From an uncultured Roseivirgaceae bacterium (lineage in GTDB: Bacteria; Bacteroidota; Bacteroidia; Cytophagales; Cyclobacteriaceae): a stretch of DNA of 64,000 nt. The notes beneath the pieces are model-generated. The model made no database searches. It was not told where the DNA came from and worked only from the letters and a program-made list of their open reading frames with translations. Positions 39,094-49,468 of this stretch are shown here, piece by piece. Numbering within the stretch: the first letter of the stretch is position 1; the number at the start of each line of letters is the position of its first letter. The translations under genes and the position numbers were made by a program. The stretch is taken from positions 213 to 64,212 of the forward strand of contig CAYMST010000001.1 of assembly GCA_964393115.1 (NCBI GenBank), read 5' to 3'.

Positions 39094-40734
39094 ATGAACA
39101 AATCAAAAACCCTGATTTTACTTCTATTTATTTTTACGGCTCCTTTGGCCACAGCTCAAAATAATTTTCAGGACTATGAATTAGAATTAGGGCCGTTTTA
39201 TAAGGCTCCGAAACGCTCGGTTCCTATTGCGTATGTCGGTCATGATGAATATGGTTTTTATACAAATTATGCTTCCGGCAAGACAGGCTCAGGTAGTAAG
39301 TCACTGGTAAAGTTTGGCTATGATCTAAACATTATAGACTGGGTAAGCCTTTCTTCAAAAGGATCTGGCTATAGCACAAAGTCTGAGTCTATATTAATGC
39401 TAGATGGAAGCATACATCATTTCTACATAAGAACGGAACGCAAGACTCCCCCTCCGGGTCAACGAAATGGTATGGGTATGGGCAAAAAAGAATATCCTAT
39501 ATTGAACAAATCCCTTTATCTACAAAAGATTAATCAGAAAGACATGAGTCTTGATGAGCCAATTTTAATTGCAAATTTACCAAAGTCGGAAAGTGCCGGA
39601 AGGAACTTATCGGTTAGCTTTTCTCCAGACTCATCAAAAGTTGCATTGTCTTATCATTTACCCCCCAATGAAGAAGACCTTGGACAATTAGCACTAACAG
39701 TCTTCTCAAGAAACCTGCAAATCCTTCAAAGCACGAAGTTAGCATTACCTTTTGAGGACAAGTTATTCACCGCTTCAAAATTTACGATTAACAACTCCGG
39801 GGATTTTTACATTTTAGGTAAGAGGTATTTTGATAAGAAAAAAGAGAGGATGAAAGGAGCGGTAAATTATAATTATGCCCTCTTGAAAATGGATCATCAG
39901 TCCACAGACCTAACTCCGTTTCCGATCAGCAGCCAAGGGAAGTTCTTAAGTGATATGCAAATCAGTATTAAAAATAGCGGGGAGTTAATAAGTGCGGGGT
40001 TTTATTCTGAAAGCGGATCAAATATGAGTGGAGGGGTTTTTTATATCCGCTTTAATGAAGAAACAACAGAAGTTTTATCGGAATCTTTCAAACCATTTGA
40101 TCAAAGCTTTTTGCTTCAAAATATGACTGCCCGCAAAGCCGAAAAAACTAAGGGAAAGATAGATCAAGGAAAGGATGTAGAATTACCGTACTTCCATATT
40201 GATGAGTTTATAGTGGATGACGATGGGGCAACCACTATGATCGCTGAGAGTAGAAATATCTATGCAACATCTTATTATGTTTATGGTCCTACTGGAGGAT
40301 ATTGGGTTAGCCAGACTCACTATGATTATGATGATGTTATGGTCATTCGTATAGACATCTCAGGAAACATTACTTGGGCTGAGCGCGTGCCTAAAAATCA
40401 GCATACTATTAATGATAGAGCAGCGTTTTCGTCGTACTCTAGCGCAATTAACGACAAGAATATATTTCTCATTTACAACGACAACGCTAAAAACCTGAAT
40501 TACTCGGGAGTCGGTCGTGTTGCTCCAATGGTTAAGGGTTCATCGACTATGGTGATGGTTAGCCAACTTGATACTGACGGAAACATCAAGAAAACAGCGC
40601 TATTTAACAGAGGAGAGGTTGAAACGAAAATCAGACCTGCACTGTGTAGCCAGATTTCGAAAAATGAAGTATTAATTTTTGGCCATGGTTTTAACTTGAA
40701 AAACCAACGATTTATTAGACTGAAGTTTAAATAA
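39094..40734 (+). CDS. Secreted hypothetical protein (beta-rich)
   Basis: Signal peptide ends LATA|Q. 546-aa beta-strand-rich sequence with no family recognised. Confidence 0.6.
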   Translation: MNKSKTLILLLFIFTAPLATAQNNFQDYELELGPFYKAPKRSVPIAYVGHDEYGFYTNYASGKTGSGSKSLVKFGYDLNIIDWVSLSSKGSGYSTKSESILMLDGSIHHFYIRTERKTPPPGQRNGMGMGKKEYPILNKSLYLQKINQKDMSLDEPILIANLPKSESAGRNLSVSFSPDSSKVALSYHLPPNEEDLGQLALTVFSRNLQILQSTKLALPFEDKLFTASKFTINNSGDFYILGKRYFDKKKERMKGAVNYNYALLKMDHQSTDLTPFPISSQGKFLSDMQISIKNSGELISAGFYSESGSNMSGGVFYIRFNEETTEVLSESFKPFDQSFLLQNMTARKAEKTKGKIDQGKDVELPYFHIDEFIVDDDGATTMIAESRNIYATSYYVYGPTGGYWVSQTHYDYDDVMVIRIDISGNITWAERVPKNQHTINDRAAFSSYSSAINDKNIFLIYNDNAKNLNYSGVGRVAPMVKGSSTMVMVSQLDTDGNIKKTALFNRGEVETKIRPALCSQISKNEVLIFGHGFNLKNQRFIRLKFK

Positions 40735-40907
40735 TACAAAGTTGATGCTTTCGGTTTAAGATCGTATTTCATAAAAGTTCGCAGACATCAAGCCTTTACA
40801 AGACTGTCAAGATGAAACTTGTGATCAATCTTTGATGGTAGATTCCACCTCAATGGATTATAACACTTTGTAGAGATTAATTGGTTTGGGAAACACTTTA
40901 ACACCAA

Positions 40908-41423
40908 ATGGAAAAACCCAACGCGTTTATATTATTCGAATATAAAAATTTGTGGGGACTGCTCTTGATCGCCATTCCTTTGATCTTTCTTTGGACTGTA
41001 ATGTGTGCAGCGATTATGCTAACACGTTTTTCCAATCCCATATATTTCTTTGCTAGTCTTTTTGGAGGACTTCAACTACTCATAATAGTCATTGGAAGAA
41101 GACGGTTTAAAAAAGTCGGAACGCTTACCTATACCGGCAGCTCATTAGTAATCAAAATCTTTAAAGATGAACTGACCTATGCCTTCCCGGTTTCCGAAGA
41201 GATTTCCTTAGAGCTAAAGTTTAATGCGAAATGGTTAATAATGAATTTGGGTAAAACAATAGGACACCTAAGGTACTATAACTCGCAGTTTAGTTTAAGC
41301 ACCGAATGCTTTGATAAACTTCAAATTGGAGATAGGCAATGGTTCGTGATGCTTAGAGATGCAGAGGAAGTAGAGCGATTCAGATCATTAAGGTCTGATC
41401 TATGGAACCAAAGAGAGGAATGA
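40908..41423 (+). CDS. Hypothetical 2-TM membrane protein
   Basis: Helices LWGLLLIAIPLIFLWTVMCAAIML and IYFFASLFGGLQLLIIVIG. Confidence 0.5.
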   Translation: MEKPNAFILFEYKNLWGLLLIAIPLIFLWTVMCAAIMLTRFSNPIYFFASLFGGLQLLIIVIGRRRFKKVGTLTYTGSSLVIKIFKDELTYAFPVSEEISLELKFNAKWLIMNLGKTIGHLRYYNSQFSLSTECFDKLQIGDRQWFVMLRDAEEVERFRSLRSDLWNQREE

Positions 41424-41510
41424 TAATACACACTTTATTATTCGAGATTGACGTTACGTTCTGTGCCTTAGCGATATCTTTGGAGTTATGCATTTAACAA
41501 GCCTTTAGTC

Positions 41511-42224
41511 GTGTTACTATTATTCACTCTACTTACCACCATTTTCCCTCCAAAAAGCGGGTATGTAAATGATTTTGCTGGCTTGCTAACTTATGAGCAA
41601 ACGGAAACACTAGAACAAAAGCTCGAACACCTATATTCAGAATCTTCCTTAGAAATCGTAGTGGTAACCATAGACAGTCTCAACGGCGAAACCGTGCGTA
41701 ACACATCTACCAGAATAGGTAACGAGTGGAGTGTGGGATACCATGAAGGTCGAAACGGAATCGTGTTGCTCATTTCAAAAGCAGAAAAAGAAGTTTTTGC
41801 CGCCATTGACGCAGAAGTAACACAACTCATTTCATCAAGAGAAACCCAAAACCTAGTCAATAAAACGGCGATTCCTTTGCTCAGGAAAAGAAAATATTTT
41901 GAAGCGATAAGCGAGCTTATCGATCAGATCGAGATTAAATGGGTATATGCAGTGGCAAGCAGGAATATACAAATAGACCGTCAAAACTCTGTTGATGATG
42001 TGGTAATATCAGAATCAGCTGTGTTCTTTGGAGTAGTTTTAGTGGCGCTATTTCTAATCCTAATTATTTACGTCGCTAAGAGAACAGAGTCATATCGAAA
42101 GCAAAGAGGTGGCATTTGGGGTCATGACGAATGGAGCTCTGAAAACAACTCTTCCGGATTTTTTGGCGATGGTGGCGGTGGAAACTTTGGAGACGGGGAT
42201 AGTGGAGACAGTGGCTCTGATTAA
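41511..42224 (+). CDS. TPM-domain (TLP18.3/Psb32/MOLO-1-like) protein
   Basis: YVNDFAGLLTYEQTETLEQKL and IVVVTIDSLNGE are TPM hallmarks. A TM helix and a Gly/Asp-rich tail (GGGGNFGDGDSGDSGSD) are typical of the family. Confidence 0.8.
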   Translation: MLLLFTLLTTIFPPKSGYVNDFAGLLTYEQTETLEQKLEHLYSESSLEIVVVTIDSLNGETVRNTSTRIGNEWSVGYHEGRNGIVLLISKAEKEVFAAIDAEVTQLISSRETQNLVNKTAIPLLRKRKYFEAISELIDQIEIKWVYAVASRNIQIDRQNSVDDVVISESAVFFGVVLVALFLILIIYVAKRTESYRKQRGGIWGHDEWSSENNSSGFFGDGGGGNFGDGDSGDSGSD

Positions 42225-42621
42225 ACCTGACAAACTACCGCAAACACATGGTGGACGATTCCATAAAGTCTGTGTCAATCAGAGCTCTATTTCCAGCTAT
42301 AATATAGTGATGAGCGAAAGCATAACCCCATTTCAAAATAGGCTTGACCGAAATACTTAGCTATCTTTATTGATGAACAAACGTCCATTGGGACATTCAG
42401 AAAAATGGAATACATAAAAATTGTCACTTTCAATAAATGAAATATTTATTGAACGAAATCAAATATGCCTGTTAATGGAGGATAAACCCCAAGCAATCAC
42501 TTAAAAAAAGCCCCTCTTTTAATTTGGCTGGGAACTTTGGTATATCAAATACATAACCCAAAATAGTAAACGAATCATAAAACTGATCATAAATCACTAA
42601 TTTGAGATAAAATCAAGTGAT

Positions 42622-42987
42622 ATGACCACCACTCCAAAACACGATGAAAGCGTAGCGAAACTTACATTCGCCACTATTTACCCACTTTATGTTAATAAGG
42701 TGGAGAAGAAAGGACGAACTCAGGACGAGTTACATCAAGTAATAGAATGGCTGACGGGCTTCACCAGAGAAGACCTAGAGCTGCTAATCGAAGAAGAAGT
42801 CACCATTAAAACTTTCTTTGAAAAAGCTAACCTTAACCCAAATGCGGTACTAATCAAGGGGGTGATCTGTGGCTACCGAATAGAAGATATTGAAACTCCT
42901 CTAACACGGCAAGCCAGGTATATGGACAAGCTTGTCGACGAGCTTGCCAAAGGCAAAAAGATGGAAAAGATATTGCGAAAAAAATAA
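42622..42987 (+). CDS. DUF2200-family protein
   Basis: FATIYPLYVNKVEKKGRTQDELHQVIEWLTGF matches my memory of DUF2200. The 121-aa size fits. Confidence 0.65.
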   Translation: MTTTPKHDESVAKLTFATIYPLYVNKVEKKGRTQDELHQVIEWLTGFTREDLELLIEEEVTIKTFFEKANLNPNAVLIKGVICGYRIEDIETPLTRQARYMDKLVDELAKGKKMEKILRKK

Positions 42988-43043
42988 TATCAATGGTCAA
43001 TTGACGACATCGTGACATTCTTCTAGTTATAAGCTACGTATCC

Positions 43044-45665
43044 ATGAAAGAAGATTCTATAACAACACCAAACCCGAACATTGTCTTTAACATGGTAAGA
43101 TCCTTATTTTCGGTGATTTTGATGCTTTTAACATCCTGCTTATCCAAAGTAGAGAGCCCATTGATGATAAGCACCGGCGTATCCAGGGAACTCGCGTCTT
43201 ACCGAAAGAAACAAGTATCAGAGGTTAAATACCACCTTTACTTCAAAGTACCGGAGTCTATTTCAGATGCTATTCCTGCCCACCTTACTATCAAACTCTT
43301 CATTCAAGACCTAAGTCAACCGTTACTGTTGGACTTTAAATCCAACCGAGAAAACCCTAATCAAGCGATTATAAACGGTAAAAAAACCCCACTTCACTAT
43401 GAAAAGGAACACCTCATCATTGCCAAAGAACACTTACAAATTGGGCATAACGCTATCGAAATAGCTTTTACGGCAGGTGAAACATCCCTAAACAGAAATA
43501 GCGACTACCTATTTACTCTTCTCGTCCCTGACCGGGCAAGAACATTATTTCCCTGTTTTGATCAACCAGACATAAAAGCAACATATACCTTGAACCTTCA
43601 GGTTCCGAAAGATTGGAAAGTGCTAAGTTCCTCCTCATTAGAAAAATCATCGCTCGATCGCGAGCGAATGACTTTTCAGTTTAAGGAAACCGACCTGATG
43701 AGCACCTATCTATTCTCTTTTGTTGCGGGAAAATTTGCCATAGAAAATTCGAGTGATTCGAGCTTTAAGATGTCTTTATACCATCAGGAAAAGGATAGTC
43801 ACAAAATTCAACTTAGTGTACCAGAAATATTCAAGCTACATCAGCAAGCCATCGACTATTTAGAAGCGTACACAACGTGTCCTTTTCCCTTTCTAAAATT
43901 GGACTATGCAACAATCTTTAGTCACCCATACGGTGGCATGGAACATACTGGAGCGATTCAATACCGTCAATCCTCTCTATTTCTAGATGAAACCTCCACA
44001 CTTAATCAAAAGTTATGGCGAGCGAAACTAATTGCACACGAGACAGCACATATGTGGTTTGGGAATTTAGTTTCAATTGAGTGGTTCAATGATGTTTGGT
44101 TGAAAGAGGTATTTGCCAATTTTATAGCCGATAAGGTGATTAACCCTCAACCGCAGTTTCAAGACATAGATCATGACCTATCTTTTTTTGTGGATCACTA
44201 TCCTCCGGCTTATTCGGTAGACCGTAGTACAGGAGCCAACCCCATTCGCCAAGCGCTTGATAATCTCAACAATGCAGGCTCTCTTTACGGAAGTATTATT
44301 TATCACAAAGCCCCCATTATGATGCGACAGTTGGAGACCATTTTAGGGGTTGAAAAGTTTCAAAGGGGAGTTATTGAATACATTGACACTTATAGGCATG
44401 ACAATGCTTCTTGGCCGGATCTAATCCATATACTCGACCAGCAAACAACCGTTGACTTGAAGGCTTGGAGTGATGTTTGGGTCAACTCATCAGGCAGGCC
44501 AATTATCACGAGTGACATAGTTTACGATGGCGACAATCAAATTACTTCCTTTATGATCACACAACAGGCTGAATATGGATCAGACAAGGTGTGGCCACAA
44601 GTATTTGAAGCAACCTTGGTATACCCAGATACGCTAGTTCCTCTTCGCATTGATCTACATGGAAAAGCAACCCGGATAGCAGCGGCAGAAGGCAAGTCAA
44701 AACCTGAAGCAATACTGTACAATAGTGACGGATTTGGATACGGTGTCTTTCCTATCAACACACAAGCATTAGAGCTCGTCAATGAGGTGCAGCAAGACTT
44801 GATTCGGGCCGTGGTTTACCAAAATTGTCATGAAAACGTTCTACTCGGAAACCTCCCTATGGATGAAGTTTTTGAGACGTATCTAAAAGGAATTGAGTAT
44901 GAGAAAAACGAATTAGTACTATCCCTGCTCTCCGATCAAACCCTTCATTTGTTTTGGAGCTACTTAGCAGCAAATCATCGTAATCATATACAACAAAGAC
45001 TCACCCATATTTTGATCTCACGACTTGCATCTAAGGAATCATCAACGGTCAAAAAAACATTATACGATATGTTAGTTTCCATTGGGTATCTGGAAAGCAG
45101 TCGTAATATCCTATTTCAACTTTGGAGCAAGCAGCGATCATTTCCTAATCTCATGCTAAACCAAGACGACAATACCAAGCTTGCAAGGCAACTAGCTCTT
45201 TTTGGACATCCGAAAGCGTCAGATATATTGAAAAAAGCAAGAAGTGCCATCAAGGATCCGAATAAGCAAAAGCGGTTTGACTTTCTGCTTCCAGCACTAT
45301 CTCAGAATCCAAAAACAAGAGATGATTTATTTCGGTCATTTGCGTATAAAGCGAATCGCGAAAAAGAAAACTGGGTACTGCTAGCCTGTAAATATTTGCA
45401 TCATCCACTGAGACAACATACCTCCATAAAGTCGGTGTACCTTAGCCTTAAATGGTTAGAAGAAATTCAGCAGACAGGGGATATATTTTTCCCGAAGGGC
45501 TGGTTAAATAATACCGTGGGGTTGTATTCTTCAAAAGAAGCTTATCAAATCGTACAAACTTTCTTGAAAGGGCATCCTAACTTAAATCCGCAACTCAAGC
45601 TTAAGATCTTGCAGGCTACTGATGATTTATATAGAGTGAATAGACTAGTCAAAACGCATCATTAG
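43044..45665 (+). CDS. M1-family zinc aminopeptidase (aminopeptidase N-like)
   Basis: GxMEN-like YGGMEHTG, then HETAHMWFGNLVSIEWFNDVWLKEVFANF (HExxH-18-E). An ERAP1-like C-terminal helical region follows. A lipoprotein-type signal (LLTSC) follows Met17, so the start may be at 43092. Confidence 0.9.
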   Translation: MKEDSITTPNPNIVFNMVRSLFSVILMLLTSCLSKVESPLMISTGVSRELASYRKKQVSEVKYHLYFKVPESISDAIPAHLTIKLFIQDLSQPLLLDFKSNRENPNQAIINGKKTPLHYEKEHLIIAKEHLQIGHNAIEIAFTAGETSLNRNSDYLFTLLVPDRARTLFPCFDQPDIKATYTLNLQVPKDWKVLSSSSLEKSSLDRERMTFQFKETDLMSTYLFSFVAGKFAIENSSDSSFKMSLYHQEKDSHKIQLSVPEIFKLHQQAIDYLEAYTTCPFPFLKLDYATIFSHPYGGMEHTGAIQYRQSSLFLDETSTLNQKLWRAKLIAHETAHMWFGNLVSIEWFNDVWLKEVFANFIADKVINPQPQFQDIDHDLSFFVDHYPPAYSVDRSTGANPIRQALDNLNNAGSLYGSIIYHKAPIMMRQLETILGVEKFQRGVIEYIDTYRHDNASWPDLIHILDQQTTVDLKAWSDVWVNSSGRPIITSDIVYDGDNQITSFMITQQAEYGSDKVWPQVFEATLVYPDTLVPLRIDLHGKATRIAAAEGKSKPEAILYNSDGFGYGVFPINTQALELVNEVQQDLIRAVVYQNCHENVLLGNLPMDEVFETYLKGIEYEKNELVLSLLSDQTLHLFWSYLAANHRNHIQQRLTHILISRLASKESSTVKKTLYDMLVSIGYLESSRNILFQLWSKQRSFPNLMLNQDDNTKLARQLALFGHPKASDILKKARSAIKDPNKQKRFDFLLPALSQNPKTRDDLFRSFAYKANREKENWVLLACKYLHHPLRQHTSIKSVYLSLKWLEEIQQTGDIFFPKGWLNNTVGLYSSKEAYQIVQTFLKGHPNLNPQLKLKILQATDDLYRVNRLVKTHH

Positions 45666-45722
45666 TTGCACTATAAATCACAGCTCGCAATTATTCCTCT
45701 GTGCTATTTAAGTTCTCTTAGT

Positions 45723-45791
45723 AGCTGATATAAATTCTAGCAATAAGTTGTTTGAACCAACCCTTTTGTATAATTATCTTATAGATTCCAT
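45723..45791 (+). repeat. Intergenic element, copy B (paralogue of 33646-33710)
   Basis: The core 45761-45791 CCCTTTTGTATAATTATCTTATAGATTCCAT matches copy A at 27 of 31 positions. It lies 83 nt upstream of the ATG at 45874. Confidence 0.8.
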
Positions 45792-45873
45792 ATATTCAGG
45801 CTAACCATATCAGTCGCAGACACGCGATGATACAGAAAAATGTCCGTCCTTGTATGCACTCAAATGATTTCAT

Positions 45874-46638
45874 ATGAACTTCCCACAATACCCTAAGCAA
45901 TACGATCAAGAAGTTATTATCACGCCACAGCAACACTTTCTTGCCGAAAAGCGAGATTACCTAAACTTCACTCCTCCAAAGTCAGTCATCCTTTGCTTTG
46001 AAGCCTCCATTATGGATCATTACAGACAATTAGAACATACTGAACGTAGGCGTTTCTGGACTGGAGAAATGATCTATCTAAAAGATGATGACAAGGAAAT
46101 TGCGATTGTTGGCCATTTTGGTATCGGAGGACCTGCTGCTGCACATATGCTGGAAATATTAATTACAGCAGGGGTCAAAAACTTTGTTGTAGTCGGTCAT
46201 GCTGGTGGATTGCAACCTTCTAACCCGATTGGTAAAGTTATACTCATCGATAAAGCAGTGCGAGATGAGGGCGTTTCGCACCATTATCTATCCCCAGAAA
46301 AATATGTTTACTCTACTACTCAGTTTTTCGAAGCTTTAGAAAAAGGGCTACGCCAAGACTCCGTAGACTATGCCATTGGCAGCAGCTGGACACTGGACAG
46401 TATGTACCGCGAGACTAAAGGTGAACTATCTTACTATGCTCAAGAGGGTGTTGCCACCGTTGAGATGGAACTCGCATCTTTATTTGCCGTGGCATCATTT
46501 AGAAAGGTAGCAATCGGAGCTTTAATGATCATTAGCGATTATGTCTCCTTCGAAAAATGGGAAGAACATCTTCATGCAATGGAAACAAGTAATGCCATAT
46601 TCCAAGCCATCAATACGGCAAAACGCATATTCCCATAA
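45874..46638 (+). CDS. PNP/UDP-family nucleoside phosphorylase
   Basis: IAIVGHFGIGGPAAAHMLEILITAGVKNFVVVGHAGGL and VATVEMELASLFAVA are typical of the phosphorylase family 1 fold. Confidence 0.75.
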   Translation: MNFPQYPKQYDQEVIITPQQHFLAEKRDYLNFTPPKSVILCFEASIMDHYRQLEHTERRRFWTGEMIYLKDDDKEIAIVGHFGIGGPAAAHMLEILITAGVKNFVVVGHAGGLQPSNPIGKVILIDKAVRDEGVSHHYLSPEKYVYSTTQFFEALEKGLRQDSVDYAIGSSWTLDSMYRETKGELSYYAQEGVATVEMELASLFAVASFRKVAIGALMIISDYVSFEKWEEHLHAMETSNAIFQAINTAKRIFP

Positions 46639-46664
46639 TTCCGTTAACAACCAAATTATACGAT

Positions 46665-47324
46665 ATGAACATGACCATCTTCTTTGTCTTCTTAGGAATA
46701 TTTTTGTTAATCTTCATTTTGAAAGCCTTTTTCAATAAACGCGCTATTATCAAGAGAAAATTAAAAAAGGCTACTTACCAAAGAATCGGTGAGTTCAAAA
46801 GTGGCGAGACAGCCAAGATCGTTGGTACGGTGGAAATTCTTGGAGATCCACTTATCGCTCCATTATCTGGACGCGAGTGCTGCCATCACCATGTCCTGAT
46901 AGAAGAAAAGGTCTCTACTGGAAAAAGATCGTCCTGGAAGACGAGAATAGACCAGGAAGAAATGGGGCATTATTTGATAAAAGATGGAAATCACTTTGCG
47001 ACGATAAAAGGCCAAACGCTGAAAACGCACTTGGTGCAGGATAGAAACTATACTTCCGGCTTTTTAAATGACGCCACCGAGCAACTGGAAAACTTCTTGA
47101 AAAGGAAAGGGATGAGCAGTGAAGGGTGGTTTGGCCTGAACAAAACACTTCGATACAAAGAAGGTATTCTGGAGCAAGGAGAACGCATAGCAGTATATGG
47201 AATGGGTACCTGGAAGGAGGTTGAGGGAGGAAATGATCTCAATAAACTATTAGAAATTACTGAAGCTGAAGATAATGCGGTTTACCTCAGCGATGATCCA
47301 CAAACACTATCCACGCTGGAATAA
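46665..47324 (+). CDS. Membrane-anchored hypothetical protein (possibly GIDE-like)
   Basis: N-terminal TM helix IFFVFLGIFLLIFIL. GETAKIVGTVEILGDPLIAPLSGRECCHHHV resembles bacterial GIDE-domain proteins. Weak call, from memory. Confidence 0.4.
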   Translation: MNMTIFFVFLGIFLLIFILKAFFNKRAIIKRKLKKATYQRIGEFKSGETAKIVGTVEILGDPLIAPLSGRECCHHHVLIEEKVSTGKRSSWKTRIDQEEMGHYLIKDGNHFATIKGQTLKTHLVQDRNYTSGFLNDATEQLENFLKRKGMSSEGWFGLNKTLRYKEGILEQGERIAVYGMGTWKEVEGGNDLNKLLEITEAEDNAVYLSDDPQTLSTLE

Positions 47325-47450
47325 CCAGAATTTACATCCTTGGAGGACTTATATGAACTCCATAAGATAAGTAATACAAAAAAGTTGGTTATCGAGGCGC
47401 ATTGCTTAGTTTTATCTTAGCTTTTAAATAAACTTTATATCATCACTACT

Positions 47451-48089
47451 ATGCGACTTACCAGACAAATGGTCTTTGTCATGATCCTATTATTAATACC
47501 CGTAACAGGATTCTTTGGCATTCATAAATTCGTTACCATCACCACTGCCGACCATGTTTTCCAGTCTATGGAAGAGGTCCCGCATAACAAAGTCGGATTG
47601 CTACTAGGCACCGCCAAGCTGTTATCTAGTGATCATATCAATCTATATTATAAACACCGTATCGATGCAGCAGTGAAGCTATTCGAGGCTGGCAAAGTAG
47701 ATTTCATTTTAGCAAGTGGCGATAATTCTTCGAAATACTATGATGAACCTACCACAATCAAACTAGATCTCATAAAACGAGGTATTCCAGCGAATAAAAT
47801 TTTTCTTGACTATGCGGGTTTTAGAACACTTGACTCTGTGATTAGATGTAAAGAAGTCTTCGGACAAACTAGTGTGACGATCATTTCACAACGATTTCAC
47901 AATGAAAGAGCTATCTTCATTGCGAATTACCAGAATATTGATGCCGTTGGGTTCAATGCTAGAGATGTAACCTTGAGGTACGGAGCAAAAACCAGGCTCA
48001 GAGAACGATTTGCCAGAATAAAAATGGTCATCGACTTGATAATTGGCAAGCAGCCCAAGTTTCTTGGTGAGCCTGTAGAAATAAGGTAA
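47451..48089 (+). CDS. sanA: SanA/YdcF (DUF218) family protein
   Basis: Close match to E. coli SanA as I recall it: VGLLLGTAK, YYKHRIDAAVKLFEAGKVDFILASGDN, YDEPTTIKLDLIKRGIP, FLDYAGFRTLDSVIRCKEVF, IISQRFHNERAIFIA, PKFLGEPV. Confidence 0.85.
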   Translation: MRLTRQMVFVMILLLIPVTGFFGIHKFVTITTADHVFQSMEEVPHNKVGLLLGTAKLLSSDHINLYYKHRIDAAVKLFEAGKVDFILASGDNSSKYYDEPTTIKLDLIKRGIPANKIFLDYAGFRTLDSVIRCKEVFGQTSVTIISQRFHNERAIFIANYQNIDAVGFNARDVTLRYGAKTRLRERFARIKMVIDLIIGKQPKFLGEPVEIR

Positions 48090-48200
48090 TACATATACTT
48101 TACCTTTATTTGAGAACTAAACCTTCAAGTTTTACTTGATACTCACAGTGGAAAACAATAGTTTAGTAAATACGGATTATCCCTAATTACTTTTCAAATA

Positions 48201-48878
48201 ATGGGCAGGGTCAATTTGATATCATTATTTCCTTTGTTCCTCCTCACCCTGCATTTCAGCTGTGAAAACCAAAGTCGTCCTATTGCGCGTAATCAGCATC
48301 CCGATTTCTCTTTTGTAGCAGAACAAACCGGGTATGCTGAAACTTTAGCAGAGGGTAGAATTGTTTCACAATTTGGTATTCGTTTACGCATAATTCCGAA
48401 ACATAATGCAGCATCACCATTTTACTTTTGGACGTGTGACTGGTGGAATTACGGATTCCTTGACACAGATCTACTTGATGCTAATAAATATGTGAAAAGG
48501 AATAACACTTGTGACTATAACTTCGAAGTCCCTGCGTATATCGACAGCATAAACGAATCCTTAGAAATTACCACTTTGATCACCAGAGAGGGTTCCATTG
48601 AAGATATGTATGAACCTCATATTCGTTTTGGATATCATATTTTTACCACAAAAGAGGTTTCTTTCAGAAAAAAATTATTCCCCGACTCATTAACAGCACA
48701 CAAGGTCGACTCCATCATGTCCCGACCCGATCATATTGTGTGGAGTAATATTTTAGTGTTGCAAAAGCTTGAGAGTCCTCCATTTGACAGAACGGATAGA
48801 GTTCGGTTAGGGCATGTCGATATCAAACCGCACGGCCAATCCATAGATCCAACAGGACATTCGTTACATCACCTTTGA
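48201..48878 (+). CDS. Hypothetical lipoprotein
   Basis: Lipoprotein-like signal LLTLHFSC. 225 aa, no domain recognised. Confidence 0.5.
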   Translation: MGRVNLISLFPLFLLTLHFSCENQSRPIARNQHPDFSFVAEQTGYAETLAEGRIVSQFGIRLRIIPKHNAASPFYFWTCDWWNYGFLDTDLLDANKYVKRNNTCDYNFEVPAYIDSINESLEITTLITREGSIEDMYEPHIRFGYHIFTTKEVSFRKKLFPDSLTAHKVDSIMSRPDHIVWSNILVLQKLESPPFDRTDRVRLGHVDIKPHGQSIDPTGHSLHHL

Positions 48879-49062
48879 TATTGATTGATAAATAGTTCGG
48901 TCTAGAAATAAACTTGAAACCTAAGGTCAATGTGCGAAGAAATCCACTCACTATCAGCAGATCAAGTAGACTTTGCTACATTAATTAGGTTTTAGATAGT
49001 GCCGCTATCTTTATGTCAAAGTGAATGATTTTAAGCAATTTAGTCTCTAAAATTTCTAAAGT

Positions 49063-49464
49063 ATGGATGATAATGTAATAAAGCATCTGGAATTTACACA
49101 GAACATAATTTCTAGAATGGCTCAGAATTCTTTCTTAGTCAAGGGATGGGTAATTACTTTGGTTTCTGCTTTATTTGCTCTGTCCGCGAAAGAAGCCGAT
49201 GCGTCATACGTCTTAGTTGCCTATTTTCCAGCGCTTTTTTTTTGGTTATTGGACGGCTACTTTTTATATCAGGAGCGGATGTTCAGAAACATATATGATG
49301 ATATTCGCACACAAAAATCAACTGATTTTTCATTTGTTAGAAATGATCCCAACACGGGAACAAGCGATTGGGCAAAAGCCATATTTTCTAAAACACTTCT
49401 GTTATTTCATGGAGTCATTTTGCTCACATTACTTTTCATAATGTTTTACATCGAAAAACATTAA
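49063..49464 (+). CDS. Small 3-TM membrane protein, first gene of the TIR cassette
   Basis: 133 aa. An amphipathic N-terminal helix (IKHLEFTQNIISRMAQNSF) is followed by hydrophobic helices FLVKGWVITLVSALFALSA, YVLVAYFPALFFWLLDGYFLY and LLLFHGVILLTLLFIMFYI. Confidence 0.6.
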   Translation: MDDNVIKHLEFTQNIISRMAQNSFLVKGWVITLVSALFALSAKEADASYVLVAYFPALFFWLLDGYFLYQERMFRNIYDDIRTQKSTDFSFVRNDPNTGTSDWAKAIFSKTLLLFHGVILLTLLFIMFYIEKH

Positions 49465-49468
49465 ATGT

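Noticed and set aside
42230-42360. A minus-strand open frame (…KPILKWGYAFAHHYIIAGNRALIDTDFMESSTMCLR*) and the track ORFs 42090-42278 and 42109-42360 in the spacer after the TPM gene.
   Set aside because: They are short, overlap each other and the TPM gene end, and have no start codon or recognisable motif. This could be a remnant, but I cannot support a call.
42429-42453. An A+T-only palindrome TTCAATAAAT-GAAAT-ATTTATTGAA upstream of the DUF2200 gene.
   Set aside because: It is a perfect 10-bp inverted repeat, but it is made only of A/T-rich sequence in an A+T-rich spacer. It occurs once and there is no partner regulator nearby, so there is not enough evidence to call it an operator.
45874-47324. 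The nucleoside phosphorylase plus the membrane-anchored GIDE-like protein, considered as a nucleotide-depleting defence effector pair (PNP-type effectors occur in some antiphage systems).
   Set aside because: The phosphorylase is a plain single-domain protein of housekeeping type, with no sensor or signalling partner. The GIDE-like call is itself weak. Nothing in the sequence links the two genes functionally.
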